A DNA stretch of 64,000 nt from the NCBI GenBank assembly GCA_963772555.1, contig CAVYXQ010000028.1:27369-91368 (forward strand), written 5' to 3'. Under the pieces are notes generated by a model. That model did not search any database, had not been told where the DNA came from, and was given only the letters and a program-made list of their open reading frames with translations. Shown piece by piece: positions 20,563 to 31,499 of the stretch; within the stretch, counting starts at the first letter, position 1; the number at the start of each line of letters is the position of its first letter. The DNA is from an uncultured Alphaproteobacteria bacterium. Its GTDB lineage: Bacteria; Pseudomonadota; Alphaproteobacteria; Rhizobiales; Beijerinckiaceae. Made by a program: the position numbers and the translations under genes.

Positions 20563-21285
20563 ATGCCGGAATCGACACGTCCGTCCGACGCCGCGTCGCG
20601 ACCCAATCCGGCGATCGCCTATTATGACCACCTCGCAAAGGGCTGGAGCAGCCGCTACGCCTCCGGCGGCTTCAGGAAGCGTGCGGACTTTTTTTGTCGA
20701 GAGGTTTTCCCGCTCCTCGCGCCACGCGGTCGGTGGATCGATGTAGGTTGCGGGAGCGGGGTGTTTAGTCGCATTTTGGCCGATCACGGCGCCGACGTGC
20801 TCGGCGTCGATGGCTCGATCGCGATGATCGAAGCCGCGCGCGCCGGCGGGGGCGAGCCAGCGCCCCGTTACGAAGTCCGCTTGATCGAATCGCTCGAACG
20901 CGAACCCGGCGGATACGATGGCGTTCTGTGTCTCAGCGTGATTGAATATCTCGATGATCCCATCGCGGGACTCGCGATCCTGAGACGTCTGTTGCGGCCT
21001 GGCGGCGCGCTCGTCCTTTCGGCCCCAAACCGGCATTCCGCCCTTCGTCGCGCGCAGACGGCGCTGCGGGCGTTGGCCTCGAGCGTCGGCGCAAAGGCTT
21101 TCGATTACCTCGAAAATTCCCGTAATGCATGGTCCAAGCGCGAACTGGTCGCCTTCGCCGACGCTGACGGCCTCGACGTCGAGGCGATTCTCGGTTTCGA
21201 CCCAAAACTGCCCAGCTCGCTGGCGCGCCTCGCCTCACCGAGCCTGTGGTTCCTTGTCGCCCGTAGCCGTGCACCGAAATGCTGA
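20563..21285 (+). CDS. Class I SAM-dependent methyltransferase
   Basis: IDVGCGSG motif I, LGVDGS, YDGVLCLSVIEY, LRPGGALV. Confidence 0.85.
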   Translation: MPESTRPSDAASRPNPAIAYYDHLAKGWSSRYASGGFRKRADFFCREVFPLLAPRGRWIDVGCGSGVFSRILADHGADVLGVDGSIAMIEAARAGGGEPAPRYEVRLIESLEREPGGYDGVLCLSVIEYLDDPIAGLAILRRLLRPGGALVLSAPNRHSALRRAQTALRALASSVGAKAFDYLENSRNAWSKRELVAFADADGLDVEAILGFDPKLPSSLARLASPSLWFLVARSRAPKC

Positions 21286-21304
21286 GACGGCCGACTGGTC
21301 GTCC

Positions 21305-22465
21305 TCACTGTGCGGCGCCGCCGCGGCGTGCGTCGAGGAAGGCGATGGTCTCCTCGGCGATCCGCTCCGCTGCCCGTCCGTCCCAGAGCCTTGGCACGCG
21401 GCCGCGCTTGCCGCCGGTGCGTAGAATGTCCGCGACGGCGGCCTCCAATGCGGCGGGATCGGCGCCGACGAGCGTGTTGGTCCCCTCTTCGATCGTCGCT
21501 GGTCGCTCGGTATTTTCGCGCACAGTGATGCACGGCACGCCGAGCGCGGTCGTCTCTTCCTGAACGCCGCCGCTGTCGGTGATGACGACGCGCGCCTCGC
21601 GCATCAGGCCTAGCGAACGTAGATAGCTCAACGGATCAGTCACGAGCATCAGCGGCGACGTGAGCCGCGCCGCCAGTCCGAACTTGACGAGATTGGCGCG
21701 CGTGCGCGGATGGATGGCGAAGACGATCGGCAGATCGCCGGATAGACGGACCAGAGCGTCGACGAGGCCTGCGAGGCTGGCGGCATCGTCGACGTTGGAG
21801 GGTCTATGCAAGGTCGCGAAACCGAAGCCTTTCGTGGCTCGCGCGGAGCTAAACGTTGGCGAGGCGCCGATCTCGCGCAGGCAATCCGCCGCCGGTATCG
21901 CCCGGTCCAGGCAAGTGTAGAGCGTATCGATCATCACATTGCCGACCAGCTTGATGCGCTCCGGCGCGATCCGTTCGGCGATCAGGTTGGCGACACCGTC
22001 GCGCTCGGTTACGAAATGCAGGTCCGACATCTGATCGACGACGAGTCGATTGATCTCCTCGGGCATGCCGCGATCGAAGCTGCGCAGGCCAGCCTCGACA
22101 TGAGCGACGGGAATCTTGAGGTAGCTTGCCGTGAGAGCAGCGGCGACGGTCGAATTGACGTCGCCGACCACTATCATCAGATCCGGCTGCGTCTCGACAA
22201 GGAGCGGTTGCAGGGCGAGCATCACCCGCGCCACGACCTCACCGCCGGTCCCGGAGCCCACCTTGAGGTTGACGTCCGGCTCAGGAATGCGCAACTCCTC
22301 GAAGAACACGCGGTCCATCGAAAAATCGTAATGCTGCCCAGTGTGGATGAGATGCGAGTCGCACTCGGTTCGCGCCTGCAGCGCCTTGACGATAGGTGCA
22401 ATTTTAACGAAATTCGGCCTAGTCCCGACGACGCAGTGGATATGGTGAGGCTTGCGGTCGGTCAT
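21305..22465 (-). CDS. wecB: UDP-N-acetylglucosamine 2-epimerase (non-hydrolysing)
   Basis: VVGTRPNFVKIAP, HTGQHYD, VGDVNST, AHVEAGLRS, MPEEINR, TDSGGVQEET, TERP. Confidence 0.93.
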   Translation of the reverse strand: MTDRKPHHIHCVVGTRPNFVKIAPIVKALQARTECDSHLIHTGQHYDFSMDRVFFEELRIPEPDVNLKVGSGTGGEVVARVMLALQPLLVETQPDLMIVVGDVNSTVAAALTASYLKIPVAHVEAGLRSFDRGMPEEINRLVVDQMSDLHFVTERDGVANLIAERIAPERIKLVGNVMIDTLYTCLDRAIPAADCLREIGASPTFSSARATKGFGFATLHRPSNVDDAASLAGLVDALVRLSGDLPIVFAIHPRTRANLVKFGLAARLTSPLMLVTDPLSYLRSLGLMREARVVITDSGGVQEETTALGVPCITVRENTERPATIEEGTNTLVGADPAALEAAVADILRTGGKRGRVPRLWDGRAAERIAEETIAFLDARRGGAAQ

Positions 22466-22554
22466 CGTGCGTTCACGTGCTCTTCTTCAAGGGAGGAAGG
22501 GGTCGCCGATGCGCAGAGCTTTTCGTGCGACGGCCGTCTCGCGAGAGTGCATAG

Positions 22555-23826
22555 ATGCGTATCCTGTTTTTCTCGCACTACTACGAGCCGGAGGTCAACG
22601 CGCCGGCCTCGCGCACCGCCGAGCATTGTCGCGCTTGGGTCGCGGCCGGCCATGACGTGACGGTGGTGACCTCTGCGCCGAACCATCCCCAGGGTCGAGT
22701 CTACACTGGCTATCGCAACCGCTGGTTCCAGACCGAGACGATTGACGGGGTTCGGGTCGTGCGCATCTGGACGCTGCTCGCCGCCAACGAAGGATTTGCG
22801 CGGCGGATCCTAAGCTATCTCTCCTATCTCATTTCGGCGATCCTCGCGCTGCCGCGGCTGCCCAAGGCGAATGTCATCGTCTCGACCTCGCCGCAGTTCT
22901 TCTGCGGGCTCGTCGGACTGTATGCGGGGCCACTCAAGCGCGCGCCTTGGGTGCTCGAAGTCCGCGATCTCTGGCCGGAGAGCATCGTCGCGGTCGGTGC
23001 GATGCGCAAGGGTCGTGCGATCCGCTTCCTCGAATGGTTGGAGGCTTTCGCCTACCGACGCGCGGACGCGGTCGTCTCGCTCACGCGCTCCTTCGTACCC
23101 CACATCGCAGAACGCCGCGGGACCGCAAAAGGCATTGTCGTCTTTTCGAATGCCACGGACCTCGGCGCGTTCGTCAGGAGCGACGGTTGCGCGGTGCGGC
23201 GGGCGCTCGGCCTCGGGGGCAAGTTCATCGGCGCCTATGTCGGCACGCATGGCATGGCGCATGGTCTGACAACGATCCTCGACGCCGCGGAGATTCTGAA
23301 AAACGATCCGCGGTTCGCGTTCCTGATGGTCGGCGACGGCGCAGAACGGATGCGGCTCGAAGAAGCACGCGCGGAACGCGGGCTCGACAATGTGCTCATC
23401 CTCGGCCAGCGTCCCAAGTCCGAGATGCCCGACTTCTGGAGCGCGACCGATGCGAGCCTCATCCTGCTCAAGCGATCGGACGCGTTCAAGAAGGTTCTGC
23501 CGTCTAAAATGATGGAGGCGATGGCGATGCGTTGCCCGATCATCCTTGGCGTCGATGGCGAGGCGCGCGAGGTGCTCGAGGAGGCAAACGCCGGCGTCGC
23601 AATTCCGCCCGAGGATGCAGGCGCGCTCGCCGCCGCGATGCGCTCTCTCGCCGACGATCCCGAGCGCGCCGCGCGGTACGGCAGCTCCGGGCGCGCCTAC
23701 GCCGTCGCGCATTTCGATCGCGCCGAAGTCGCGACTCGATATCTGCGCTTCCTGGAGGACGTTGCCGCGCGGCGACCGATTCGCGAAACGAGGCGCGACG
23801 CCGCCGTGCGGCCGGCGGCCGAATGA
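22555..23826 (+). CDS. GT4-family glycosyltransferase (WbuB-like)
   Basis: HYYEPEVNAPASRT, APNHPQG, EVRDLWPES, YVGTHGMAHGL, LPSKMMEAMA. Confidence 0.9.
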   Translation: MRILFFSHYYEPEVNAPASRTAEHCRAWVAAGHDVTVVTSAPNHPQGRVYTGYRNRWFQTETIDGVRVVRIWTLLAANEGFARRILSYLSYLISAILALPRLPKANVIVSTSPQFFCGLVGLYAGPLKRAPWVLEVRDLWPESIVAVGAMRKGRAIRFLEWLEAFAYRRADAVVSLTRSFVPHIAERRGTAKGIVVFSNATDLGAFVRSDGCAVRRALGLGGKFIGAYVGTHGMAHGLTTILDAAEILKNDPRFAFLMVGDGAERMRLEEARAERGLDNVLILGQRPKSEMPDFWSATDASLILLKRSDAFKKVLPSKMMEAMAMRCPIILGVDGEAREVLEEANAGVAIPPEDAGALAAAMRSLADDPERAARYGSSGRAYAVAHFDRAEVATRYLRFLEDVAARRPIRETRRDAAVRPAAE

Positions 23827-25547
23827 GGAATCCGATCGGACACTTGCGGCGTTCAGTCGCCTTTGCGCGCCATGTCCCGCCGCGACAGGCGCTACGCCGC
23901 ATCGTGCTATCCGCGCGCCGGGCGTGGCGCAACCAGTTCGGAGCTCAGACCGCGCCCGTCGATGCCGCGCCGGCGCCGGATCCTCCAACGCCGATCTTCG
24001 GGCCCCGCTCGGGAATGATCGAACACACGCCGCGAGGTCTCGTCTTCACGTTTCTGGGGCGCGCGGTCACGATGGCGCCCTCGGCAATCGACTGGGACGC
24101 GCCGAGCCGCGACCCCGAGCATCAGCTGTGGCGGATGCATCTGCACTACATGGAATATCTCGAGGAGGTCGGCGACACTCTGCTCGCTGCGCTGATTGAT
24201 GATTGGATTCGTGCTAATCCTTCCGGGCGCGCCGGCGCCTGGAAGGACAGCTGGAATGCTTACGCGCTGTCGATCCGGACCGTAGTCTGGATGCAACAGC
24301 TCGCCCTGCGCGGCGGCCGGATCGCCCAGTCAACGCGCGCGCTGGCCGTCGCGAGTTCTCGCGGCGCAACTCGCAAACCTTGAAAGCGAGCTTGAGACCG
24401 ACATCGGCGGCAACCATCTCATCAAGAACCTCAAGGCGCTGCTGTGGGGCTCGGCGTTCTTCCGCGGAACCGACGCGCGGCGCTGGCGGCGCGCCGGATT
24501 GCGGCTGCTCTCCGTCGCGCTCGACGGTCAGATCCTTTCCGACGGCGTCCATTTCGAGCGCTCGCCCTCGTACCATGCCCAAGTCTTCGCTGATCTCCTC
24601 GAATGCCGCCACGTTCTTGGACCCGACAACACTCCTCCTGAGCTCGATGCCCGGCTTCGCGCTATTGCGCAGGCGGCCGCTGACCTCGCCCATCCCGACG
24701 GGCTGGTCGCCCAGTTCAACGACGCGGGGCTGCACATGGCCTATGCGCCGGGGTCCTGCCTCGACGCCTTCAGTCTCCTGTTGGGCGAGCGTCCGGCGCC
24801 GCGCACCTTCTTTGCGTTCCCGGAGGCCGGATATTTTGGTCTGCGGTCGGGCAACACATTCTTCATCGCGGATTGCGGCCGGATCGGTCCGGATGCGCTG
24901 CCCGCGCATGCCCACGGCGACGCTCTGTCCTTCGAATGGTCGGTCGCGGGCGAGCGACTGATCGTCGATCCCGGCGTCTTCGAATATATCGCCGGCCCGC
25001 GGCGCGCCGCGGCGCGATCCGCAGCCACGCACAACACGCTGTGCTACGATGGCCTCGATCAGGCGGAGTTTTTCGGCGCGTTTCGCTGCGGACGGCGGCC
25101 GAAGGTCACAGTGCTTGCCTTTGACGCCGACGACTTTCATCTGGTGCTGAAGGGTACACACAATGGATTCGGCGCCGCCGCGCGCCATGAGCGACAATTT
25201 GAGGTCGGGCCTGGCCGATTGCGGATCGTCGACGTCTTCGACACCCCGTCCGGCCATCCGGCCCGCCTCGGCTTTCTTCTGCACCCGGAGGCGGAGGTCG
25301 GCCGCGCCGGTGATGGGCTCCTGATCGTGCGCGGACGCGTGCGCGTCGAGATGCGCTGCGACGCCCCGATTGCGGTCGAGGGTGCGGTCTGGTGGCCGGA
25401 CATGGGCGTGGAACGGCCGACGCGGCGTGTCAGCGTCGCGCCGGACGGCGCGCGTCGCCGCGTCGTTACAATTTTCGCGTTGCGAACGGAAGAGGAGTAC
25501 GGAAAACCGGAGCACCCCCCCCTGTGCGCTCCCTGGCGTCGCCGTGA
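23823..25547 (+). CDS. Heparinase II/III-like protein (+1 frameshift at 24353-24358; probable -1 in C8 run at 25515-25522)
   Basis: LWRMHLHYMEYL, LETDIGGNHLIKN, DGVHFERSPSYH, PAHAHGDALSFE, RSAATHNT; a C9 run would end the gene at a TGA overlapping the next GTG. Confidence 0.85.
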
Positions 25548-27644
25548 AGCAGGTCCAGCAGAACTACCGCAGCGGCGAATTGAAGCTCGTCGAGGTTCCG
25601 GCCCCTGGGGTCCGCGACGGAGAGATCCTCGTCGCGACGCGCGTGTCGCTCATCAGCGCGGGTACCGAGCGACAATTGGTCGAGCTGGCGAAATCCTCGC
25701 TCGTCGGCAAGGCGGCGGCGCGGCCGGATCTCGTTCGCCGCGTCTTCGCCAACGTGCGGCGCGAGGGGCTGAGGCCGACGCTCGACAAGGTGTTCGCCAA
25801 GCTTGATACGCCGATCCCGCTCGGCTACAGCCTCGTGGGCGAGGTAATTGGGATCGGGTGCGGTGTCGATGGGTATTCGCTCGGCGACCGCGTCGCTTGT
25901 GCAGGCGCCGGCCTCGCCAATCACGCCGAGATCAATGCGACGCCGAAAAACCTGACAGTGCCGGTCCCGCCGGGCGTCGACGACGAGGACGCGAGTTTCG
26001 TGACGCTCGGCGCCATTGCGCTCCAGGGCGTGCGCCTCGCCGCGCCGACCCTCGGCGAAACGGTGGTGGTGATAGGCCTCGGCCTCATCGGTCTCCTGAC
26101 GACGCAGATCCTCAAGGCCAACGGCTGCCGGGTGATCGGTTTCGATCCCAAGCCTGAACGCGTCGCGCTCGCCAAAGACCTTGGCGCCGACGTCGCGCTG
26201 AGCGACTCGCTCCCCGGGGTGGTGGCGAGCCGGACACGCGGCTTCGGCGCCGACGCAGTGATCGTCACCGCGTCGTCGAAGTCGAGCGAGCCCGTCAACA
26301 CGGCGGCGCAGATCAGTCGGATGAAGGGACGCGTCATCGTCGTCGGTCTCGTCGGCCTATCCATCGATCGCGACGCCTTCTACAAGCGCGAGCTTGAGCT
26401 GAAGTTGTCGATGTCCTATGGGCCCGGCCGCGGCGACCCGGCTTACGAGGTGGCCGGCCGTGACTATCCGCTGCCTTATGTGCGTTGGACCGAGCAGCGC
26501 AACATGTCGGCCTTCCTCGACCTGATCGAAGACGGAAAGATCACGCCGAAGAAATACGTCACGCACCGTTTCGCCATAGCCGACGCCGAGAAGGCCTATG
26601 CGTTGATGCAGAGCAGTGCGCCATATCTGGCGATTCTGCTCACCTATCCCGGCGACTTCTTGCGCGCGACTCGATCGCCAGAGGCGCAGGCGCCGCGCGC
26701 GGCGAAAGGCGAGCTCGGCGTCTCGTTCATCGGCATGGGCAATTACGCGCGCTCCGTACTGCTCCCAAAAGTGCGCGACTCCGAGGGTGTGCGGCTCGAG
26801 AGCGTCGTCACCAAGACCGGCATCAGCGCCGGCCATGCGAAGGAGAAGTTCGGCTTCGCTCGCGCGGCCACCGATCCGGCCGCGGCGATCGAGAATCCGG
26901 CGACCGACGCTATTTTCATTGCCACCCGCCACGACACCCACGCCAGGCTCGCGGCGCGCGCCTTGCGCGCAGGCAAGCACGTGTTCTGTGAAAAGCCGCT
27001 CGCGATCGAAAGCGCTGGGCTCGACGATTGCATCGAGTTCCGCGCGGCACGCGACGGGCGTCCTGACGGTCGGCTTCAACCGGCGTTTTGCGCCGCTGCT
27101 CGTCGCGGCGCGCCACGCGCTCGAGCGACGATCCGGCCCGTTGATGATGCTTTATCGCGTCAACGCAGGCGTCATTGCGCCGGAGAGCTGGATCCAACGC
27201 GAAGAAGGCGGCGGCCGTATTCTCGGCGAGGTCTGCCATTTCGTCGATGCGCTGACCTATCTGTGCGGCGCGCTGCCGGTCGAGGTCCAAGCAGTCTCGG
27301 CGGGCGGACGTCCGGACGCAGTTTCGGCGATCGTAAAATTCGCCGACGGTTCGGTCGGCACAATCCTGTATACGTCCCTTGGCGATCCGGGCGCGCCGAA
27401 GGAATATGTAGAGGCCTTCGAGGACGGACGCGTGATTCGGCTTGACGATTACGTCCGGCTGACTGTCGACGCGGGCGGCCGGCGTAAGGCGACGAAGGGC
27501 GCGCAGGACAAGGGCCAGGCGCAGCTCATCGCAGCGTTTCTCGCTGCCGCGCGCGGCCGCGCGCCGACCCCGATCCCGCTCGCCGAGATCGAGGCGGTGA
27601 GTTTCGCGACGCTCGCAATCGAAGAGGCGCTGCGCACGCCTTGA
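25544..27644 (+). CDS. Bi-domain oxidoreductase (Zn-ADH-like plus Gfo/Idh/MocA), +1 frameshift at 27035-27040
   Basis: ISAGTE, PLGYS, GLGLIG, SMSYGPGR, RWTEQRN; then IGMGNYA, HVFCEKP, VGFNRRFAP, GGGRILGEVCHFVD. Confidence 0.88.
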
Positions 27645-28564
27645 ATACCATCCCGACCAAGCTGCCGATCACTGCGATCATCCTCGCCTTCAACGAGGAG
27701 GTTCACATGGCCCGCTGCCTGACGCGTCTCTCCGGCTGGGTCGAGCGTGTCGTCGTGATCGACAGCTTCTCGCGCGACCGGACCGTCGAGATCGCACGGG
27801 AGCTGGGCGCCGAAGTGTTGCAGCACCCCTTCAAGAGCCACTCCAACCAGTTTCGCTGGGGACTCGCAGCCGCGGCGCCGAGGACACCTTGGGTGATGCG
27901 GATCGACTGCGATGAATATTTCGAAGAGACCGCGCCGGCTGCGCTCGCCGCCCTGCTGCCCGGCTTGCCTGATGAGGTCTCGGGCGTGACCGTCAAGCGC
28001 AAGTTCATCTTCCGCGACCGCTGGATTCGCCATGGCCGCTACTATCCGACCTTCCTGCTGCGGATCTGGCGAAACGGCGCTGGCGAGGTCGAACAGCGTT
28101 GGATGGATGAGCACATCATTCTCAATCGTGGAAGCGCGAGGTTGCTTGAGGGTGCCGACCTCGTCGACCACAATCTCAATGACCTCAATTCCTGGACCGC
28201 CAAGCACAATCGCTACGCAACGTTGGCGATGGTCGATTATCTCAACCGCGAATACTCGCTCTTCGCCGAGGATGTGCGTATCGATGGCTCGGCCCGCCCC
28301 GCGCGCCGCGACCGTTTCTTGAAAGAGTCCGTCTATGGTCGCGCGCCGCTCTATTTGAGGGCGGTTGCGTTGTTCGTCTATCGCTATGTGTTTCGGCTTG
28401 GCTTTCTCGATGGGAAAGTTGGCTTTGTGTTCCACTTCCTGCACGGCTTCTGGCTCTTCATGCTGATCGACGCCAAGCTCGACGAAGCGCGCAACGCCAT
28501 CTCTGCTCACGGCCTCGAAGCGTTCAAACAGCACCTTGCCGAAACGCAGCGGATCGAGCTGTGA
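27641..28564 (+). CDS. GT2-family glycosyltransferase
   Basis: IILAFNEE, VIDSFSRDRT, RIDCDE (DxD), WTAKHNRYA; TTGA overlap with the upstream gene. Confidence 0.88.
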   Translation: MNTIPTKLPITAIILAFNEEVHMARCLTRLSGWVERVVVIDSFSRDRTVEIARELGAEVLQHPFKSHSNQFRWGLAAAAPRTPWVMRIDCDEYFEETAPAALAALLPGLPDEVSGVTVKRKFIFRDRWIRHGRYYPTFLLRIWRNGAGEVEQRWMDEHIILNRGSARLLEGADLVDHNLNDLNSWTAKHNRYATLAMVDYLNREYSLFAEDVRIDGSARPARRDRFLKESVYGRAPLYLRAVALFVYRYVFRLGFLDGKVGFVFHFLHGFWLFMLIDAKLDEARNAISAHGLEAFKQHLAETQRIEL

Positions 28565-29736
28565 TCGAAACGGCGCGGCGCCCCGTCGTGCTGATCTTGC
28601 TCGGCTGTTTCTGGCCCGGCAACGATTCCAGCGGTCCAAATCAGAGTTTCATTTCCCTCGCTCGCGCGCTTGGCGACACATTCGAATTCCGCGTCGTCGC
28701 GCGCGATGGCGCGACCGGGCGCCGCCGGGCACAGGAGCCGATGTCGACCGTTGGATCGATCTCGGCTTCGCCAAGGCGCGCTATCGGCGAGTCGGCCGTT
28801 TTGGCGCGATCGGCCTCGGACGGTTGATCGCGCAGACGCCCCACGATGTGCTCTGGCTCAACAGCATGTTCGATCGCGAGTTCTCGCTGCCAGCGCTTGT
28901 GCTGCGGCGGCTCGGCCTCATCGCCCGCAAGCCCACGCTGCTGTCGCCGCGCGGCGAATTGGGCTTCGGCGCGCTCAATCTCAAATCCAGGCGCAAGTTG
29001 TTCTTTCTCGAGGCCGCGCGCAGGCTCGACCTTTGGCGCGGCGTCACCTTGCATGCGACCAGCGAGGCGGAGGCCGCCGACATCGAGCGTGGACTGGCGG
29101 CGAGACGCCCGATCGTCATAGCCCGCAACATCCGCCTTGTCGCCGAGACGCCCACCTACGCACCGAGCGCGAACGGCGTGCTGCGGGTCGCGTTCGTCGG
29201 CCGCATCGCGCCGGTAAAGCAGTTGGATTTCGCGCTGGACTCGCTTGGAAAAGTGGGATCGCGCGTCGATTTCGACATCTACGGTCCGGCCGAAGATGAG
29301 GCATATTGGCGACGCTGCCGCAAGCTAATCTCGGCCCTGCCTGAAAACGTCCGCGCGACCTGGCGAGGGGAGACCGCGAATGCGGAGATTCTCAGGCGGA
29401 TGGCGGCAGACAGATCTCTTCTTCCTGCCGACCGCCGGCGAGAATTTCGGCCATGCGATTTTCGAGGCTCTCGCCTGCGGCGTTCCGGTCCTCGTCAGCG
29501 ACCAGACGCCGTGGCGCGGCCTTGCCGCTCGGCGCGCCGGCTGGGATCTTCCACTTGCCGCGCCGGAAACATTCGTTGAAACGATCGAGGCGTTGGCAGC
29601 CATGCCTGAGGACCAGCGGACGGCGTTACGGCAGGGCGCGCGAGCCGTTGCGCAGGCCTATGTCGAGTGCGGCGGCGCGGTCGAGCGCAACCGCGAGATG
29701 CTGCACGCGCTCTTGCGCGAGGGTGCGGGGCGATGA
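28561..29736 (+). CDS. GT4-family glycosyltransferase with two frameshifts (~28710 -1, ~29410 +1)
   Basis: Three frames give FWPGNDSSGP, LWLNSMF/SPRGEL/FVGRIAPVK and DLFFLPTAGENFGHAIFEALACG. Confidence 0.8.
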
Positions 29737-30917
29737 GCGAAAGGAAGCGCTTGGCGGTCGTCGTCTCGCATCCGATCCAGTATTTCGTGCCGCTCTATCG
29801 GGCGCTGGCTGCGGAGCTTTCTCTCGATCTCCATGTGCTGTTCGCCTCGCGCATCGGTCTCGATAAGACATTCGATCCGGTGATGGGCGCGCCGGTCGCT
29901 TGGACGACCGACCTCACCGGCGGCTATCCGCATGAATTCCTGCCGGAGGCGGGGCGGATCGAACAGGTCGGATTCCGCCGGATCGACAATCCGAGCGTGT
30001 CCGCCGCGCTGCGGCGTTTCGCGCCGGATGCCGTCATTCTGCACGGCTATGCGATGTTGACGATGCTACGTGCGCTTGCCTGGTGCCGCGCCCACGGCGC
30101 CAAGGCGATCCTCATCTCGGACAGTTCCTCGCACGGCGCGCCTGCGGGCCCGCGCCGGTGGGCGAAGAAGTTGATCGCGCCGCTGCTGCTGCGACAATAC
30201 AGCGCGGCGCTCACGATGAGCGAGAGGGGCGAGCGGCATCTGGCGAGTCTCGGCTATCCGCCCGACCGCATGTTCCGCACGCCCATGATGATCGATGCAG
30301 GCTTCTGGAGTGCGCGGCGCGAACGCGCGCGGCGGCGCGCTGAGGAGCGGATGCGGCTTGGCCTCGCCGAGGACGCATTTGCCCTGCTCTATGTGGGCAA
30401 GCTCTATCCAGGCAAACGCGTGTTCGACGCGCTGCAGGCGCTCGAAGCGCTCGAGGACGAACGGTTTGGCGCCGGGACGGTCACGCTGCTCGTCGCCGGT
30501 GACGGCGTTGAGCGTGAGGCGCTGCGGCGATTCGCAACGCAACGTGGGCTCGACGTCCGCCTGCTCGGATTCGTCAACATCGATGCGCTGCCGCAGCTCT
30601 ACGCCGCGGCGGACGCGCTGGTCCATCCGGCAGACAGCGAACAGTACGGGATGGTCGTGCTGGAGGCGGCGGTGGTCGGCCTTCCATTGATCCTCAGCAA
30701 CCAGATCGGCGCTGTCGGCGCGAGTTCGATCGCACGGCCCGATGTCAATGCGCTTGTCTACCCTTGCGCCGATATTCGCGCCCTCTCCCGAGCGATGGCG
30801 TCTATGCGAAACGACGTCGGGCTTCGCCGCCGCATGGGCGCCGCCTCGCTGACGATCTCGGCAGATCACTCCGGCCCTGAAAGCGTCCGCGCGGTCCTAA
30901 GGGCGGTTGCACGTTGA
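29733..30917 (+). CDS. GT4-family glycosyltransferase
   Basis: VVSHPIQYFVPLY, LLYVGKL..KRV, HPADSEQYGMVVLEAAVVGLP. Confidence 0.88.
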   Translation: MSERKRLAVVVSHPIQYFVPLYRALAAELSLDLHVLFASRIGLDKTFDPVMGAPVAWTTDLTGGYPHEFLPEAGRIEQVGFRRIDNPSVSAALRRFAPDAVILHGYAMLTMLRALAWCRAHGAKAILISDSSSHGAPAGPRRWAKKLIAPLLLRQYSAALTMSERGERHLASLGYPPDRMFRTPMMIDAGFWSARRERARRRAEERMRLGLAEDAFALLYVGKLYPGKRVFDALQALEALEDERFGAGTVTLLVAGDGVEREALRRFATQRGLDVRLLGFVNIDALPQLYAAADALVHPADSEQYGMVVLEAAVVGLPLILSNQIGAVGASSIARPDVNALVYPCADIRALSRAMASMRNDVGLRRRMGAASLTISADHSGPESVRAVLRAVAR

Positions 30918-30922
30918 ACCGT

Positions 30923-31270
30923 GGCATTGCCAGAATAATTGATGGGATGGACCTTGCTCTAGGTTCAGGTCACGGGCAATCCCTTCCGATATTTCAACAG
31001 TTCAGGAGAGCCAATCCGTCTTCCGATGATGATGTATGTGAAGTACCGGCTGGCGCCGCGCAACGTTGAGGACCTTCTGTTTGGAGCCGGACGGTATCCA
31101 ACTTACCGCGACTTCGTGCCTTGGCCTGTTTGGACGCCGGCTCGCTGAGCGCACGGAGTGTCCGGTTATGAAGGCACTTTGGAAACCTTGAGCCAGGAGC
31201 GTTCATCGGACCCGAACGCCAAGGTTGATCCGGTCTCGCCTCGCTTTGACGCAAATTAATGCGATAACGC
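30923..31270 (+). mobile_element. IS6-family remnant
   Basis: 30978-31083 reads NPFRYFNSSGEPIRLPMMMYVKYRLAPRNVEDLLF, the IS6 transposase N-terminus; ends are poorly defined. Confidence 0.65.
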
Positions 31271-31499
31271 GACACGGGAGTATGAGGGGCCGCACTCGCA
31301 AGCGCGGAGGCCTCCACTGGCGAGTCTGTGCGCTATGACGAAGCGGTCTGACCGGTGCACCTGCTTGCCTTGGCCCTCGGCGTCCTCTTCACCTTACTGC
31401 GGCCCACTCCCCCTCCTCCCCGCCCTCCGGTGGTCGTATTCGTGCTGCCGGCCCGCAGCCGGCCTAGCGACGCTCGCAGCTGCGCTGGCTTGATTTTTT

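Noticed and set aside
24499-25806. Heparinase-like ORF overlapping the next gene by about 260 bp
   Set aside because: One extra C in the C8 run (25515-25522) gives a normal GTGA stop/start overlap at 25544-25547, so the extension is probably a homopolymer error.
14228-27040. Programmed ribosomal frameshifting at the split glycan genes
   Set aside because: No shared slippery heptamer or stimulatory structure; breaks fall mid-domain in enzymes that are normally single ORFs; the shared feature is GANTC.
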